DNA of 64,000 bases from Myxococcales bacterium (GTDB taxonomy: Bacteria; Myxococcota_A; Polyangia; Polyangiales; DASUME01), in NCBI GenBank assembly GCA_047601445.1, contig JASGJH010000001.1:9024001-9088000 (forward strand), written 5' to 3'. A program made the translations under genes and the position numbers. Each line of letters starts with the position of its first letter. Position 1 is the first letter of the stretch. Under the pieces are notes generated by a model that was not told where the DNA came from, did no database searches, and saw only the letters and a list, made by a program, of their open reading frames with translations. Below are positions 62,846 through 64,000 of the stretch, one piece after another.

Positions 62846-64000
62846 GTGCGCGCGCCCGAGAGTCGTCTGCGTGCGCTCAACCAGCGGTCGGTCTCTGCCA
62901 AGGGCAAGTTCGTCCTGTACTGGATGACCTCCGCCCGCAGGCCGCACTACAACTTCGGCCTCGAGCATGCGGTGGCGCTGGCCAAGCAGCACCACGTCCC
63001 CTTGCTGGTACTGGAGGCCCTGCGCGTGGGCTATCCGTGGGCGTCCGTGCGTCTACACGACTTCGTGCTGGCTGGCATGCGCGATCACCTGGCGCACTTC
63101 GAGGGCAGCGCCGTCACCTATTACCCCTACGTGGAGCCTTCACCCGGAGCTGGTTCCGGATTGCTCGCGGCGCTCGCAGAGCACGCGTGCTCGGTGGTGG
63201 CCGACGACTACCCCGCATTCTTCTTGCCTCACATGCTCGAGGCCGCCGCGCGCAAGATCTCGGTGTGCATGGAGGCCGTGGATGGGAACGGCTTGCTGCC
63301 GATCTCCGCGGCAGACGGGCGGACCTTCGCGACAGCCTATAGTTTCAGGCGCTTCTTGCAGCAGAAGCTGCCGGCCGAGCTTTCACGCGTGCCGCGCAAG
63401 GATCCGCTCAAGGGTGTGCAGCTCGCCGAGCTCACCAAGCTGCCGCGGGGGATCGCTGCGCGTTGGCCCGCGGTCAGCGAGGCCGAGCTCGCCGATCGGA
63501 CGGGACTGCTCGCGCGACTGCCGATCGATCAGAGCGTCCCGGTGGTGACCGCCTACGAAGGTGGCTATGTGGCGGGGGCCAAGCAGCTCAAGCGCTTTCT
63601 TGGTCAGCAGCTCGCGCACTACGCAGACGCGCGCAGTCACCCGGACTCGGGTGCCAGCAGCGGACTGTCGCCGTGGCTGCACTTCGGTCACGTATCGACG
63701 CATCAAGTCATCGCCGAGCTGATGAAGGTGGAGGACTGGGACGGCCATCCCAGGGGCAAGACCCGCAACGGCACACGCGAGGGCTTTTGGGGGCTCAGCG
63801 CAGGGGCCGACGCGTTCCTGGACGAGCTGGTGACGTGGCGCGAGCTCGGCTTCAACACTTGCGCCACCCTCGAGAACTACGCGGACTACGACTCCTTGCC
63901 GGATTGGGCGCGGGAGACCCTGCGCGAGCACGAGAAGGACCCGCGCGAGCCCCTTTACACACTGGCGCAGCTCGAGCGCGCGGAGACCTACGACGAGATC
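62846..64000 (+). CDS. Deoxyribodipyrimidine photolyase (class II-like), 3' end outside window; absent from the ORF track
   Basis: Own translation from GTG 62846: FVLYWMTSARRPHYNFGLEHA, VDGNGLLP, SGLSPWLHFGHVS, FLDELVTWRELGFN, LPDWARETL; open to the window end. Confidence 0.92.
   Translation, partial: MRAPESRLRALNQRSVSAKGKFVLYWMTSARRPHYNFGLEHAVALAKQHHVPLLVLEALRVGYPWASVRLHDFVLAGMRDHLAHFEGSAVTYYPYVEPSPGAGSGLLAALAEHACSVVADDYPAFFLPHMLEAAARKISVCMEAVDGNGLLPISAADGRTFATAYSFRRFLQQKLPAELSRVPRKDPLKGVQLAELTKLPRGIAARWPAVSEAELADRTGLLARLPIDQSVPVVTAYEGGYVAGAKQLKRFLGQQLAHYADARSHPDSGASSGLSPWLHFGHVSTHQVIAELMKVEDWDGHPRGKTRNGTREGFWGLSAGADAFLDELVTWRELGFNTCATLENYADYDSLPDWARETLREHEKDPREPLYTLAQLERAETYDEI

Overview
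64 kb of high-GC (by eye roughly two-thirds G+C) bacterial chromosome, densely coding. Gene content points to a myxobacterium (Myxococcota, probably Polyangia); this is inferred from the D-A-G-linker lipoproteins, Cys-rich surface protein, Hanks kinase with an AgmX/TonB-C-like tail, FG-GAP lipoprotein and sigma-54 circuitry. About 50 CDSs: housekeeping (thrS, leuS, ilvB/ilvN, apaG, trmH-like, fused otsA-otsB, class II photolyase), lipid/sterol metabolism (acyl-CoA dehydrogenase pair, HMG-CoA synthase-like, 3-beta-HSD-like, acyl-CoA synthetase) and envelope (alpha-2-macroglobulin + PBP1C, triple FKBP, two YceI). No rRNA, tRNA, CRISPR array or transposase was seen. Most notable: (1) a tightly coupled four-gene operon (OM beta-barrel, FecR-like lipoprotein, membrane Ser/Thr kinase with TonB-C-like periplasmic domain, 24-Cys lipoprotein) that looks like an undescribed trans-envelope signalling system; (2) a structured thrS leader with two near-identical hairpins showing the Thr anticodon GGU next to the SD; (3) a complete sigma-54 promoter with four helically phased GTGTNCAC-like sites upstream of an MFS-acyltransferase / bEBP / TMTC-like operon; (4) a NodU/TobZ-type carbamoyltransferase with substituted catalytic motifs; (5) all four frameshifts in the window map to GATC-derived sites, suggesting methylation-related basecalling errors; (6) many genes look leaderless. 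All product calls come from motif recognition by eye, not database searches.
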